Shown here: one piece after another, positions 9,917 through 20,248 of the stretch | How the letters are laid out: every line of letters starts with the position of its first letter | Position numbering within the stretch: position 1 is the first letter of the stretch | Source of the DNA: a virus | Taxonomy: Duplodnaviria > Caudoviricetes | Length of the DNA: 55,279 nt | Virus record (IMG/VR): IMGVR_UViG_3300019768_000001 | Coordinates: 1-55,279 of that record | Reading direction: 5' to 3' (one strand) | Made by a program: the position numbers and the translations under genes | Notes under the pieces: model-generated | What the model saw: the letters and a program-made list of their open reading frames with translations, nothing else | Told to the model about the DNA's origin: nothing | Databases searched by the model: none

Positions 9917-10210
9917 GTGAGGTTAGGTATGGCAGATTCACACAGCATTATTAATGATCAGGTTGTTCCGTATTCCGGCGGAAGAATGAATACAGACACG
10001 TCATCATGGCGTGAAGTAACAGACCTAGAGCTTGAGCAGCAGGAGCGCATAAACGAGCTTGAGTCCGACGCAGAGGATCTTGAGTGCGTGATAATGTTCT
10101 TAGATTCAAACGATGTTCCTACTCATGAAGATAGTGAGGAGCTATCAACCGTGGGCCGTATAGAGGCTTATGCAAAAATGCAGCAAGACGCCCAAGCCGA
10201 ACACCAATGA
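9917..10210 (+). CDS. Hypothetical coiled-coil protein
   Basis: ORF with GAGG RBS. Confidence 0.55.
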   Translation: MRLGMADSHSIINDQVVPYSGGRMNTDTSSWREVTDLELEQQERINELESDAEDLECVIMFLDSNDVPTHEDSEELSTVGRIEAYAKMQQDAQAEHQ

Positions 10211-10418
10211 TAGGGGAAGGATAAAAATGGAAAGAGGACGATGCAAGGCAAAAGGTTTTCGACTGGCTTGATAGCCAATACGGGGAAACTGGCTGGAAGG
10301 GTCTTGGTCTGGCCCGTTAGAAGGAAGTATCGGACTAGTTATCGCGGAAGTAAAACGGTAGCAACAATTCACACGGAATCTGCAAGGGTTCCGGTTTAAG
10401 TGGGGTAAGGGGTGATTT

Positions 10419-10733
10419 ATGGTAGATCAATGCAAACACTGCGATTTACGCGGGGATATTAATGCGTGTCTTTTCTCTGAGTGCTTCCATCATGAAAACT
10501 GGATGGCAAAACAGCAGGCTGAAAGGATCAAAGCTCTAGAGGATAAGGTGCAATCGCTAACAACATTAATTAGCGTAAAAGAACATCCGCCTGAAAGAAT
10601 TCAAGGCAATAAGGTTCTAGGGTTCGGAGAAGGATATTTTTTCGAGTGTGAGTATGATGATGGCTACTGGTGCAATTTATGCGGTGTAGATATGACTCAT
10701 TATATACTGTTACCTGAATCACCGGAAAGCTAG
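10419..10733 (+). CDS. DUF551-like protein
   Basis: ISVKEHPPE...THYILLPESP pattern. Confidence 0.55.
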   Translation: MVDQCKHCDLRGDINACLFSECFHHENWMAKQQAERIKALEDKVQSLTTLISVKEHPPERIQGNKVLGFGEGYFFECEYDDGYWCNLCGVDMTHYILLPESPES

Positions 10734-10750
10734 AAGCAACAGATAGAGGG

Positions 10751-10954
10751 TTGGTTATGAGTGGTTTAGCAGGATTTATCCCAGTGCTTGCAGCTATGGT
10801 ATTGATTGGTGTCTGTTTTTTTTATTGCAAGCATGAGAAAGATAAATATTTTGAAGATTTTTCACCAAAAAAAGAAGATATCGAAGCAGAAGAAAAACGG
10901 TTTATATGCATCCTTGATGAAATAAGCATTTCCCATAGTGAAGTATCAAAATAA
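10751..10954 (+). CDS. Small membrane protein
   Basis: Single N-terminal hydrophobic segment. Confidence 0.5.
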   Translation: MVMSGLAGFIPVLAAMVLIGVCFFYCKHEKDKYFEDFSPKKEDIEAEEKRFICILDEISISHSEVSK

Positions 10955-10988
10955 ACAACACTTGCAGCGGCAGGGTAAGGGGTAGGGT

Positions 10989-11408
10989 ATGAGAGAGATT
11001 AGTTTTCGTGGTCGTTCGATCATTAATTGCAAGTATTCAGGTATCAAGGTTGGTGGCTGGATTTTCGGTAGTTTTATTCATTCAGGTGTAGATGCGCCTT
11101 GTATTATTTTCGGTGATGGCGAGCAGTGTGAAATAGATATAAAAACACTCGGCCAATACACCGGACTGAAAGACTGCGAGGGCAAGAAGATATTCGAGGG
11201 GGATATTATAGCAGGCGCCAACGTTCAGTATGCTGGATTGGTATTTTTTGACGATTCAGCGGCAATTTATAGCGTTAAGATTTACGAGGATGGAGAACAC
11301 ATAGAAACAATGGGGCTAGCCAGATTTATCATGCACGCCGGTAGAGTTTACGATTACTCAAAGATCATCGGAAACGAGCACGAAAATCCTGGGCTACTAA
11401 ACGCCTAG
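10989..11408 (+). CDS. YopX family protein
   Basis: MREISFRG...GQYTGLKD..GKKIFEGDI...IIGNEHENP. Confidence 0.85.
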   Translation: MREISFRGRSIINCKYSGIKVGGWIFGSFIHSGVDAPCIIFGDGEQCEIDIKTLGQYTGLKDCEGKKIFEGDIIAGANVQYAGLVFFDDSAAIYSVKIYEDGEHIETMGLARFIMHAGRVYDYSKIIGNEHENPGLLNA

Positions 11409-11483
11409 CCAAAAGTCCAATACCATCCCGCAGAGATTGCGGGATAATCAGCAAGGTTTAAGCAGATCAATAAAGGGAAAGTT

Positions 11484-11720
11484 ATGTATTTAGTTAAATA
11501 TCAAGACGGAATGTTTATCGATGCAAAAGAAATAGATTGGCTGGAAATTAAGCCGGGAATCGTGAAGTTCAGCATTAAATCAGATCCCTGTGGCCGATAT
11601 AACGTAGCCGAACAGTATCATGTTTCATTTTTAAACAAAATGCAGTTGATAAACGCGAATGGATGTTGTGATCTTATGGCAGAGTACAGTGAAAAGGAGG
11701 CAGGAGATGAGCGAGACTAA
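11484..11720 (+). CDS. Hypothetical protein
   Basis: ORF with RBS. Confidence 0.5.
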   Translation: MYLVKYQDGMFIDAKEIDWLEIKPGIVKFSIKSDPCGRYNVAEQYHVSFLNKMQLINANGCCDLMAEYSEKEAGDERD

Positions 11721-12000
11721 ATTTACATCGGGGACTTGGGCGATAGAATATTTTAGCTCGGGAAATAAGATTAGAGTCTACAGCGAAGATTTAACTAAAA
11801 CTCTGCATGAGAATGAAAAGTTTTTTGGCGTCAAACTGACACAAGAAGAGATGGCAAACGCCAATCTGATTGCCGCCGCTCCTGATCTTTACGAATCATG
11901 CGAGAGCGCACTGATATTGCTATCAAAGATGGGCATGGAGTCCAGCGACGAATATCAGGCAATGCTTTACGCAACAAAGAAAGCCAGAGGTGAATCATGA
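11659..12000 (+). CDS. Conserved phage hypothetical protein (likely start MSETKFT)
   Basis: ANANLIAAAPDLY motif common in phage accessory genes. Confidence 0.65.
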   Translation: MDVVILWQSTVKRRQEMSETKFTSGTWAIEYFSSGNKIRVYSEDLTKTLHENEKFFGVKLTQEEMANANLIAAAPDLYESCESALILLSKMGMESSDEYQAMLYATKKARGES

Positions 12001-12173
12001 GCTTAGGCGCGATTATATCCGAATGGATCAGAGACAATAACATCCAGCAGCCAAGCCAAGAGCAGTTAAAAAAGGCTTCAGAGCAGGTAAGAAATGAGGC
12101 GCTGTCTCGTAGGCCAATCGTACCGATCGAGCGTTATTCTTTTTACAGGAATTTAAACAGAGGTGAATCATGA
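11997..12173 (+). CDS. Small hypothetical protein (58 aa, not in track)
   Basis: GAGGTG RBS, ATGA overlaps at both ends. Confidence 0.45.
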   Translation: MSLGAIISEWIRDNNIQQPSQEQLKKASEQVRNEALSRRPIVPIERYSFYRNLNRGES

Positions 12174-12388
12174 GCGGATGGAAAAACGTGCTCTGGGAAG
12201 ATCCAGAAGAGGGTCAGGTTTATGATGTATGGGTGGTTGCGAAAGACTGCCAGTTTAGAGCTACAGATTTTAAATTCATACATGAAAAATGGGAAAGCGA
12301 GAGTGGTCATGAGTTAGATGTTGTTTATGGAAATGTAGATATGCAGATCACCCACTTCATGCCGTCGCCTGATGCGCCAAAGGATTAA
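12170..12388 (+). CDS. DUF551-like small protein
   Basis: MSGWK...ITHFMPSPDAP pattern. Confidence 0.55.
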   Translation: MSGWKNVLWEDPEEGQVYDVWVVAKDCQFRATDFKFIHEKWESESGHELDVVYGNVDMQITHFMPSPDAPKD

Positions 12389-12413
12389 AAGAAGCCCCGT
12401 TAAGGGGCTTTTT
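12387..12413. terminator. Bidirectional terminator between convergent blocks
   Basis: AAGCCCC-gttaa-GGGGCTT flanked by A and T runs. Confidence 0.7.
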
Positions 12414-12583
12414 CTATACTGCATCCCAAAGCGCAATAAAGTCATTGCGCGATAACTCGGAATCTTGGATAGTCTCGTGATTGCCCCCCATGTAGATAGT
12501 GTATCGACCGTCATATATTGGTGATACAGACGATACAAGGCTAAGCTTTACATCAACGCCACTCGGCAGTGTTAATATAGGCA

Positions 12584-13897
12584 TTATATTTCCTCCGCAA
12601 ACTCAAAAGTACAGCCAGCCAGCGCGACACCGGCATTTTCTCTATGCATAGTAAATATCAGCATATCGCCAGGGGTTATATAAATATCAGTTCTACCTTC
12701 AAACAGTGCTGATGTTGCGTAAGTGCTATCCTGTGCAGCTCTAGCGCTAAAGATTATATTGGCCTTTGCTGTGTCAAATGACATTTGAGAGCCGACAGGA
12801 GGCACATCATAAGCAATGTACTCTAAATGCCCGTCCCTAAAATCAGTCCATGATTGATCATTTTCTGTGATCGCTGTAAAGTCCCTTGTAGCCCAGACTC
12901 TAGCAACAGATTTCTGGTCAGAGTAAAAGCTTGCTAGCAAAGCTAGCGTATCACGGGTGTTTATCAGGCCGCCTACAGTGGATTTTGATCTTATCGCTAT
13001 CATGGGCTGATTTAGGCCGGATATAGATACTTGTCCACTATCATTTTCAATAGATACCGAACCGTAACTTGCTCCTTCGACTCCTCCACCTTCACTGGAT
13101 ACATCAACACAGCCGCCTCTGAGCTCTACGTTATCGCCAAGATTTATACATCGGTATGCAATAGGGTTTGCTGGGTTGTATGTCGAAAGTCCTGATAATT
13201 TCCCGAGCATATCCATCGTATGAACAAGCGTTGATATACCTGTATCGGGATCGCCAACCCAGAATAGATAATTACCAACACCTCGCCACTGAACTTGTAT
13301 GTCGTAAATATTACCTTTTTCAGGGTCGTAGCTTGCAGGTAGCCCGGTTATTAACTCCTCTTTGACAGCGAATACAGGCCCGGTAGTTCGCTCAACTCGA
13401 CAAGCATAAAGCCCGTCTGATTTTTGCCGAAAGAAGAAGCCTGACTCACCCGTAAAACACCCAAAATCTCTAACCCCTGCAGCCGTTGGATTAGGTATAA
13501 ACATTGAACTACTGTAAAGGTGTCCACGGTTCGGCTGATAACGTGGATTTCTGAATGTTCTCAGGACAGTCTCGTCGTTTAACGTGCCGCCGGAAATTAT
13601 AGACAACTCTCCATCAATCGACTGAGAGTTTATAGGAGGGGTTTCTACGCCGTTGAATGTTTCGTACCATTTGTCAGCAGGGACGTTATACGTAAACATG
13701 CCGTGAAGAATCGACGTAGCTATAGAAACTTTCTGAGCGCCCCACGCATCAAGGGCGATTCCCTTTCCTAATCCGTTTGTTAGATTTAAAGGCTCGGACG
13801 CACCCTCTGTTTGAACTTTTAGCCGCCTTTCTCCGATCTCGTCAGAGGACATTAAGTCGCTAGGAGTACCGGAAAGCATGTAGTAATCTTCGGCCAT
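12584..13897 (-). CDS. Putative virion-associated beta-rich protein
   Basis: 437 aa downstream of capsid gene; RYQPNRG...QWRGVG motifs seen in phage structural proteins. Confidence 0.55.
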   Translation of the reverse strand: MAEDYYMLSGTPSDLMSSDEIGERRLKVQTEGASEPLNLTNGLGKGIALDAWGAQKVSIATSILHGMFTYNVPADKWYETFNGVETPPINSQSIDGELSIISGGTLNDETVLRTFRNPRYQPNRGHLYSSSMFIPNPTAAGVRDFGCFTGESGFFFRQKSDGLYACRVERTTGPVFAVKEELITGLPASYDPEKGNIYDIQVQWRGVGNYLFWVGDPDTGISTLVHTMDMLGKLSGLSTYNPANPIAYRCINLGDNVELRGGCVDVSSEGGGVEGASYGSVSIENDSGQVSISGLNQPMIAIRSKSTVGGLINTRDTLALLASFYSDQKSVARVWATRDFTAITENDQSWTDFRDGHLEYIAYDVPPVGSQMSFDTAKANIIFSARAAQDSTYATSALFEGRTDIYITPGDMLIFTMHRENAGVALAGCTFEFAEEI

Positions 13898-13921
13898 TAC
13901 AATTCCTCTCTACGCTTTCGG

Positions 13922-14101
13922 TTATTCTTCTGCTGAAGCCTCAGAAACTCCTGATCCGCTATCCGCTTCTTCTGTTCTTCGCTTACGGGGGCGCTTGGCT
14001 GGAACGGCATTTTCTTTCTCCCGGTTTTTCTTGCGCAATTCAACCTGCTCGTCAATCGTCAGGATCTTTCCGCCTTCAAAGCCATCTTTATTTAGAGACA
14101 T
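13922..14101 (-). CDS. Small protein after capsid gene (MSLNKDGFEGGK...)
   Basis: GAGG RBS before ATG at 14101; upstream extension in the track overlaps the capsid gene. Confidence 0.55.
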   Translation of the reverse strand: MSLNKDGFEGGKILTIDEQVELRKKNREKENAVPAKRPRKRRTEEADSGSGVSEASAEE

Positions 14102-14141
14102 ATAAACCTCAAAAGGGCGACCTAAGCCGCCCGAATCAATA

Positions 14142-15155
14142 CTAGTTGTGCACGAAGAAAGCAATACCGACGTTCTCACGCTCGAACTGGCGATCCCAGT
14201 TTGCCGCCAATGCCGTCTCTGCCGCTGTTGGTGACTCGCCAGCAACGGACGCAGCAAGCCATTTGTAACCCTCAGGGTGAACGATCCACTGCTTGCGCTC
14301 TACAAGTGTCTCAACGCCTGCGCCATTACCGGCCAGCTCGTCCCATTCAGTAGCAACAGGGCGCTTAGGACTACCTTCTGCATAACCAATAGCACCCATC
14401 TTGTACAGGACAGACACATAGCGAGAGCCAGAGGTGGTACCAGCTATAACAGGCAGCTTCTTATCTACGACAACTCGCTTACCGTTGTAAGTAGGGATCA
14501 TCAGGCCGGTATTTGAATCCTGAATGAAATCAATATCCTGTTGCTTACGCATCTGGGCCATTGTCTGAGGATGAACGGCAAGCATTGCAAGCTGGTCGTC
14601 GGATTCACCCATTGTCGCAACGGTATCAACGAAGCCGCCGAAAGACCATTTGTTTGCAGCCGTGGCGGTATTGCCATCTTCGGTCGATACATCAAAAATC
14701 ATATCTGATGAGTCGTTGGCGATATTCTCAAGGTAAACACCCAAAGTCGTAGCCTGCACCCGCGCGGCAAAGCGCTGCTCCCAGTATGCAGCGGTACGGC
14801 TTGCAATTTGACGCATAGGATCGTCAGAGCCAAGCACGGAAGCAACCAGGTTGGCAGACTGCCATGCATTGTTGATATGCAGACGGTATGCGGTCATTTT
14901 GCCAGTGCCAATCTTCTCAGGTGTGGCGCTTACAGCTGGATCGTCAGAAGAAATATTCTCGTTAGACGAGTTTAAATCTTTCCAGTACGGAATTGACGTA
15001 ATATCACCGTCACCATTTGCGCGACCGGCAAGCGTGGCGTTAGTAACCGCGACTCCAGAGGCAATATAAGCGTTGCGGTCTGTTCGGTTTTCCTGCACAT
15101 AAGACAGGTAAACATCTGGGTCAAATTGAACATCGGATAGGCGTACAGCAGCCAT
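14142..15155 (-). CDS. Major capsid protein
   Basis: 337 aa after scaffold; IPYWKDL, PTYNGKRVVVD, LVERKQWIVHPEG motifs. Confidence 0.85.
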   Translation of the reverse strand: MAAVRLSDVQFDPDVYLSYVQENRTDRNAYIASGVAVTNATLAGRANGDGDITSIPYWKDLNSSNENISSDDPAVSATPEKIGTGKMTAYRLHINNAWQSANLVASVLGSDDPMRQIASRTAAYWEQRFAARVQATTLGVYLENIANDSSDMIFDVSTEDGNTATAANKWSFGGFVDTVATMGESDDQLAMLAVHPQTMAQMRKQQDIDFIQDSNTGLMIPTYNGKRVVVDKKLPVIAGTTSGSRYVSVLYKMGAIGYAEGSPKRPVATEWDELAGNGAGVETLVERKQWIVHPEGYKWLAASVAGESPTAAETALAANWDRQFERENVGIAFFVHN

Positions 15156-15166
15156 GATAAAACCTC

Positions 15167-15850
15167 TTAATTACTTAATGCGGCGCGGAATCCTTCTGGA
15201 TCTCGCTCTTTAAATTGAATTCTCTCTAAGTCGTTCATATCAGAGAGCTTCTTGTTCTGTACGGCCCCGCCGCTTGTGTTTCCGGTAGCCCTGCCACCTG
15301 AACTCTGATTGCCCTTCCACAACGAATCGTAATCACCGCTTGCCTCCATTATCTGCACCATTGCAGCAATAGACGGGTAGTTCTTAGCTACCGGCTCACC
15401 GTCTTCGTTAACACTTAGCTCGTCTTTAAATAGTCGAGTCAGAATCTTTGCGTTAACCGGACTATTGGCGTGAGTATTACCAAGCTCTGAAGCTTTGGCA
15501 GTCAATGCTGATTGCTTGATCTGCTCTTTAAGCTGATTCAACTCTTTCTCTACATTGGTTTTATTCTCACCTTCAAGCCGCGCAAGCTCTTTCCAGTTCT
15601 CTTCCTGCTGAAGCTTTTCACGCTCGACTCTGGCCTTTTCTTCTTTGGCCAGCCGCGCAGCCTCACGGTTTTCTTTATTGGTTTCACGCTCTTTGCGCAA
15701 GGCCTCTTTTAACTCGTCAGCAGGATCTAAACCATCAACCTGCAAACGATAAAAACCTGAGCCACTTTCCCCGAACTCTGAATACATGCCCTGCACGGAT
15801 TCATCGAGAGAATTAAACTCTTCAGCATCGATCTCAAACTTTAAAGCCAT
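15167..15850 (-). CDS. Head scaffolding protein
   Basis: MALKFEID...coiled coil...SSGGRA; directly upstream of capsid gene. Confidence 0.8.
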   Translation of the reverse strand: MALKFEIDAEEFNSLDESVQGMYSEFGESGSGFYRLQVDGLDPADELKEALRKERETNKENREAARLAKEEKARVEREKLQQEENWKELARLEGENKTNVEKELNQLKEQIKQSALTAKASELGNTHANSPVNAKILTRLFKDELSVNEDGEPVAKNYPSIAAMVQIMEASGDYDSLWKGNQSSGGRATGNTSGGAVQNKKLSDMNDLERIQFKERDPEGFRAALSN

Positions 15851-15935
15851 GATTACAACCCCTGTTGTATTTTATTGCGCCCACCCTGGAGCGCTTAAAC
15901 TAATTGTACACTATTTGTACAATGTAACGAAAACT

Positions 15936-17345
15936 TTACAATAACGGAGATTGTTCGCCAATCTCAGAATCTATAATCTCATCCGTTCGCTCTGGATCGA
16001 CCAGACCAGATCTGCGACCGTAATTCCTGACATCTTGAATAGCCCACGCACCACGATCTGAGCCTTGGAACATGGCCATCAACACCTGAGGGTCTGCGTC
16101 TTCAGGGTAGAAGTTATCGGATAGCTTGAACTTAACCTCGTCAGGATTCGCTCCCATGAACAAGGCCGCATCTCTCAGCCGATTCTCGAAAGCCTGTGAC
16201 ACGTTAGCGGTGATAGTAGTCAGGATAGAAGTTTCAGCGCTAGCTCTTATCTTTGCGGCCTCAGCAGTTTCAACACCTGATCTAGGCTGGATGATTTGAG
16301 CGCCAAGCATAACCATCTGTTCTTCTTTTCGAACCATAGCCTCGTTTGCTGCGCTGTTTGACTCAGCCTGTACCAGCTTCATATCACCTTTTTGTGTAAC
16401 AACAGCTCTACTACTACCAAGCTGTATCCCGTTTGGGTTTAGATCGTTAAAGTCTCTTGCACTGGTATCACCTGAATTAACATGTAGTGTTGGCTGCCCA
16501 GTAATATAAACCCCTTCCTCGTAATCTGCGCTATTACGGTAATGGGCAACATTAAGAGCTGCAATATCAGAAATTGGCGGTTGATCGGGATAAGGATTAT
16601 TGTCTACGGCACCAATAATATCAGCCGGTATTTTTTCGGCCATTGATCCGTCCGAGTACTTAATATCAAATACAAGGCCTGCAGAATCCTCTTTGTAATG
16701 CTGGACAGTAACACCAGAGTCAGTCACGCGATAAACAAGGTTTTTCGTTACTTCCTCAGATCCAAAGCCATCACTACCGCGATCAAGTACAATCTCTTTC
16801 AGGTTCAGCATCTGCAATGCATTACCGTTGTCGTCCCAGTTAATTGCGTTTTCAGCAAAGTAACTAACAATTTTGGCCTGTACTTGAGCGGATGATTTTT
16901 TTGACGGGACAGTATCAGGTGACAGCTCCTCGATTTCCTGCTCACCACCAACTGACGTGACAACGATATATCGCCCCTTGGCTTGAGCCTGCCTTACAGC
17001 ATCATAGGCCATTGATATAAGCGTTAGACCGTTACCGTCTGCGTTATCGCGCATATACTCAAGCTGAGCGGGAAGCTCTATAATCGGGTCTTCTCGGAAA
17101 ACTAGCCCGGTAAGACCCGAAACGGTTCTACCGGTAAAGTTGGTATAAACAGCACGATTCTTATAGGACTGGTATCTTTTAGATGCTTCATTATTAACAT
17201 CTGGATCTGGAATAGGGAGATAAGCAGGGCCGCGCTTCTTTACCTTGCGCTCACCGTCAATGGCATCTTGATTTCTCAGCCATTCGGTTTTGAACTCATC
17301 ATAAAGCGGGTGGGTTTCTGAAACAGGCATACTTACATCCGTCAA
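15936..17345 (-). CDS. Portal protein (DUF4055-like)
   Basis: RY..YK.RAVY.NFT.RT..GL.G.VFR..P, NADGNG, LNVAHYRNSADYE, ETAEAA motifs. Confidence 0.85.
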   Translation of the reverse strand: MTDVSMPVSETHPLYDEFKTEWLRNQDAIDGERKVKKRGPAYLPIPDPDVNNEASKRYQSYKNRAVYTNFTGRTVSGLTGLVFREDPIIELPAQLEYMRDNADGNGLTLISMAYDAVRQAQAKGRYIVVTSVGGEQEIEELSPDTVPSKKSSAQVQAKIVSYFAENAINWDDNGNALQMLNLKEIVLDRGSDGFGSEEVTKNLVYRVTDSGVTVQHYKEDSAGLVFDIKYSDGSMAEKIPADIIGAVDNNPYPDQPPISDIAALNVAHYRNSADYEEGVYITGQPTLHVNSGDTSARDFNDLNPNGIQLGSSRAVVTQKGDMKLVQAESNSAANEAMVRKEEQMVMLGAQIIQPRSGVETAEAAKIRASAETSILTTITANVSQAFENRLRDAALFMGANPDEVKFKLSDNFYPEDADPQVLMAMFQGSDRGAWAIQDVRNYGRRSGLVDPERTDEIIDSEIGEQSPLL

Positions 17346-17380
17346 TTAGACTTTCGGATATTGTAGCACATGGCAGGTGT

Positions 17381-17408
17381 AAAAAAACCCGGACAGTGCC
17401 GGGTCTTT
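17381..17408 (-). terminator. Rho-independent terminator
   Basis: ACCCGG hairpin followed by T7 on minus strand. Confidence 0.65.
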
Positions 17409-17422
17409 GGTTGGCGTGTAAA

Positions 17423-17749
17423 TTACGTAGTAAGCTTTATGCTCAGGCCTTTGTTTTCTTCGTAACTTACATCTAGCTTATCGTAAATCCACTTAATCAG
17501 CTCTACAGTTTTGGGGTCGTGATAAATCTCAATTCCCTCGTAGTCGCCCTCATAATCTCTTAGAACCGTATGATTATCCTGCCAGTCATCCTGATCAATA
17601 TCAGGGCACCCTTTAAGAAACTCATTTATACGATCAGGAAGGCCCCTGTTAGATGAATTAAAACTGACATTGTAAAATGCCGTTACTATCTTTTTATGTT
17701 TAATATCACACATCACTTCCACCCCTTCATCATCAGATAACTTACTCAT
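17423..17749 (-). CDS. Hypothetical protein (MSKLSDDEG...)
   Basis: RBS GAGGGTGAG; adjacent to attC-like site H. Confidence 0.55.
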   Translation of the reverse strand: MSKLSDDEGVEVMCDIKHKKIVTAFYNVSFNSSNRGLPDRINEFLKGCPDIDQDDWQDNHTVLRDYEGDYEGIEIYHDPKTVELIKWIYDKLDVSYEENKGLSIKLTT

Positions 17750-17776
17750 CTCTCTCACCCTCACAATTAAACTATT

Positions 17777-17827
17777 AGATAACACTGCAATCACAGGGCC
17801 GTTCCGCCCTGTATTTCTTTGTTATGT
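17777..17827 (+). mobile_element. attC-like recombination site H (solo)
   Basis: AGATAAC-actgc-AAT(C)ACAGGGC-cgttcc-GCCCTGTATT-tcttt-GTTATGT: R boxes, 5-nt unpaired spacers, bulged C in L''; 44/51 identical to site G. Confidence 0.75.
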
Positions 17828-17828
17828 G

Positions 17829-18074
17829 TCAATACTTACAGGTTGAAATAGTGCCGTCTGCTTCAATTTTTGTTGTTATCCCACCTCGATACCTCGCCAG
17901 AAACATTATGTATTCAACTCCATCAATACATACCACCTCGTATTTACCGTCACCGCCTTGTATCGCGCGCCCAGTTTTTCCTATGTCGCTTCTTTCGCAG
18001 CCCGTCACACATAACAAAGCAATTAAAACGGACAAAGCAAACGCTCTTCGTTTCTTGTTTTTCATAATCTTCAA
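17829..18074 (-). CDS. Small putative lipoprotein
   Basis: Basic N-terminus, hydrophobic core, VTG-C lipobox-like motif; CIDGVEY. Confidence 0.55.
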   Translation of the reverse strand: MKIMKNKKRRAFALSVLIALLCVTGCERSDIGKTGRAIQGGDGKYEVVCIDGVEYIMFLARYRGGITTKIEADGTISTCKY

Positions 18075-18133
18075 TTCCTGCTCAGTTAATTAATTGGTGC
18101 TTTTCCTTTTATCGCAAGGTTACCACCATACCA

Positions 18134-18322
18134 TCACGCCGGTTTATTGGTATTCGACGTTAGTTGTGCTTTGTACAGCACGGCCATCTCGCACAGCAGG
18201 TTGAATCGCTCAGGATCAGACTTAAACATATGCTCAAGCTTTCTCTTGCTGGTCTTTGTTATCTCGACCAGCTCGGCAAGGCCCTTAAGCCCTGCCTGCT
18301 TTGCTATTACTGCCGGGGTCAT
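18134..18322 (-). CDS. Small HTH-like protein (paralog of 36394..36555)
   Basis: MTPAVIAKQAGLKGLAELVEIT...W/F-x-x-x-P-E-x-F pattern. Confidence 0.55.
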   Translation of the reverse strand: MTPAVIAKQAGLKGLAELVEITKTSKRKLEHMFKSDPERFNLLCEMAVLYKAQLTSNTNKPA

Positions 18323-18324
18323 GC

Positions 18325-18609
18325 TCAACTCCAATGCGTGCTTACACCAAATTGCTCTAGCGCATCGATAAACAATCGCCCGTTACCGCTATCTATACGA
18401 TCCTTCCATTCCTCAAAATGCTCGCTTGAATCCAATAAGATTGGCTTTATCCCGCGAACCTTTGCGCCGTTTGATTCAACCTGGATTGTTACCATGTCAT
18501 GGTTCATATATGCAGCGCAATTTACATTATGACCAATTCTATTGCCGCAAAAGCTTGCCGTAGTGCTAGCGTTACCGATATTTTCAATAAATACTTTACT
18601 CATGATCAA
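18325..18609 (-). CDS. Hypothetical protein
   Basis: ORF in minus-strand accessory operon. Confidence 0.5.
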   Translation of the reverse strand: MIMSKVFIENIGNASTTASFCGNRIGHNVNCAAYMNHDMVTIQVESNGAKVRGIKPILLDSSEHFEEWKDRIDSGNGRLFIDALEQFGVSTHWS

Positions 18610-18613
18610 ACCC

Positions 18614-19018
18614 TTAAAAAGAAATAATAAATTGCTTGTTGTATGCGCACTCTACTTTTCTAGATGACTCGATTATCTTCTTGCTATTTATTTTCTTACC
18701 ACCATCTACCATTGACATAATCTTTTCTAATCGAGACTTCTCAAAAGACAAAACCCTTGCAACCTTTGGCTTGCTCTGGTCTTTTGATTCGTATCGAGCA
18801 ATAACATCTTTGCAGTAGTTGACACCGCCGATAATAATGTCACGCGCATACTCCTTCTGAGCGGGTGTTCCAGTAAAGCGATCTGTAGCAATCATACGTC
18901 CACCTTTTTTAATTGCCCATGCCATGCGCAATGCTTCAGCGAAGAACTCAGAAGCTTTGCCGCCAAACTTAACGACTGCTTCTTTTGCGATTTTCCAAGC
19001 TTCAGTAAATACGTTCAT
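18614..19018 (-). CDS. Hypothetical protein with conserved phage N-terminal domain
   Basis: F..AW.IAK...FA.AL.MAW motif. Confidence 0.6.
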   Translation of the reverse strand: MNVFTEAWKIAKEAVVKFGGKASEFFAEALRMAWAIKKGGRMIATDRFTGTPAQKEYARDIIIGGVNYCKDVIARYESKDQSKPKVARVLSFEKSRLEKIMSMVDGGKKINSKKIIESSRKVECAYNKQFIISF

Positions 19019-19257
19019 GGCTGAGTTCTCTTTGCTGTTCGTTGTTGGTATGGATACATAATATACCCTATGCGTGCTCTAATCAATAAAAATATACTAC
19101 ATTTGTGCTTTTATTTACCTAGACGTTAGTAGCAGACACAAAAAAGCCCGCGCTAACGGGCTTGGTGGTGTCGATTACGGTTATATCTTGCTGGCCATGT
19201 ACACTTGATGGGCGATCATTGCCAGCTGAGAGCCGATGATAAATAGTTCAAGCATAA

Positions 19258-20134
19258 TCAACCCAACCCTTGAACATAGCGCGCATGGTATGCAGCTGCA
19301 ACACCAATGGAGAAGCAGAACGCAGCCACCGGAACAATGAACACTAAGTCGCACACCTCGAAGTTTTTACGCATAGACTCACCCTGATACAGCCAATATA
19401 TGAAGCTATTCCAAATACCGCCCGACATAAGGAAGGCGATAACAACCAATGCAAAATCAATAGTAGGCATAATCAACCCTCCAGGCCTTTATCTTCGCCG
19501 TCGGTAATAATCTTTATTGTATTTCTAAGGTTCTTGTTTTCACTATTAAGTATTGCAATCATTTGGTCGCGCTCAAACCGAATCTTTTCGGATTCCTCGT
19601 ATAAAGCCTCAAAAGAAAACGCATCAGCAGCCCTTGCCTTAGCTATAGCCTTGCGCTTTGCGTGACGGACGGACGGAGCGTTATTGATAAGCCAATCTCT
19701 ATCCCTCGTTAAGCTCGACATCGCTGACACCAGAATATTCTGAGCGCTATTAGGCATAAAGGTAAGCGTAATCAGCCCAACCCGAAGAGTCTTAAGCTCG
19801 TATTGCTTTGTATCCCCGAAAATAATATCCGCCTTCCATGAGAAGTTAGTAACACCGAAATCTATAATAATCATGCTGCACCGCCTTCGATACCTAGACG
19901 CTCTTTCTGCTTTTCATTTAGATCTTGCAGGATCTCATCAGCCTTATAAGTCCACTTATCTCCATGCTTCCCATACAAATCCATAGCCCAGTGTATAAAA
20001 ACCGCCTGCTCGTATTCTGCTTTTTTAGCCTTATCTTCATACAGACCAGAAGATATGAGTAATTTAGCCATACGTGCGCATGCAAAGTTAGGGCGGCCAA
20101 GGATGAATATTTCTTGCTCGTTGAGATGAATCAT
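19258..20134 (-). CDS. Three coupled hypothetical genes (19871..20134, 19473..19874, 19258..19476)
   Basis: ATGA-type overlaps; first has ILGRPNF..A...KAEYEQA motif, last is a two-TM protein. Confidence 0.55.
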
Positions 20135-20248
20135 AAATACCTCGTCATCGGTATTGTCGCCTGTGAAGTGATGCGGCGAACCTGTCAGACGTTACAGGTG
20201 TTCGGGTTGCATGCCCTAGCCGCAAATACAGTGTATCAGATTAAAAAA

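Noticed and set aside
10227-10370. Degenerate paralog of 9599..9820
   Set aside because: Weak similarity spread over two frames with no clean start; not supportable by eye.
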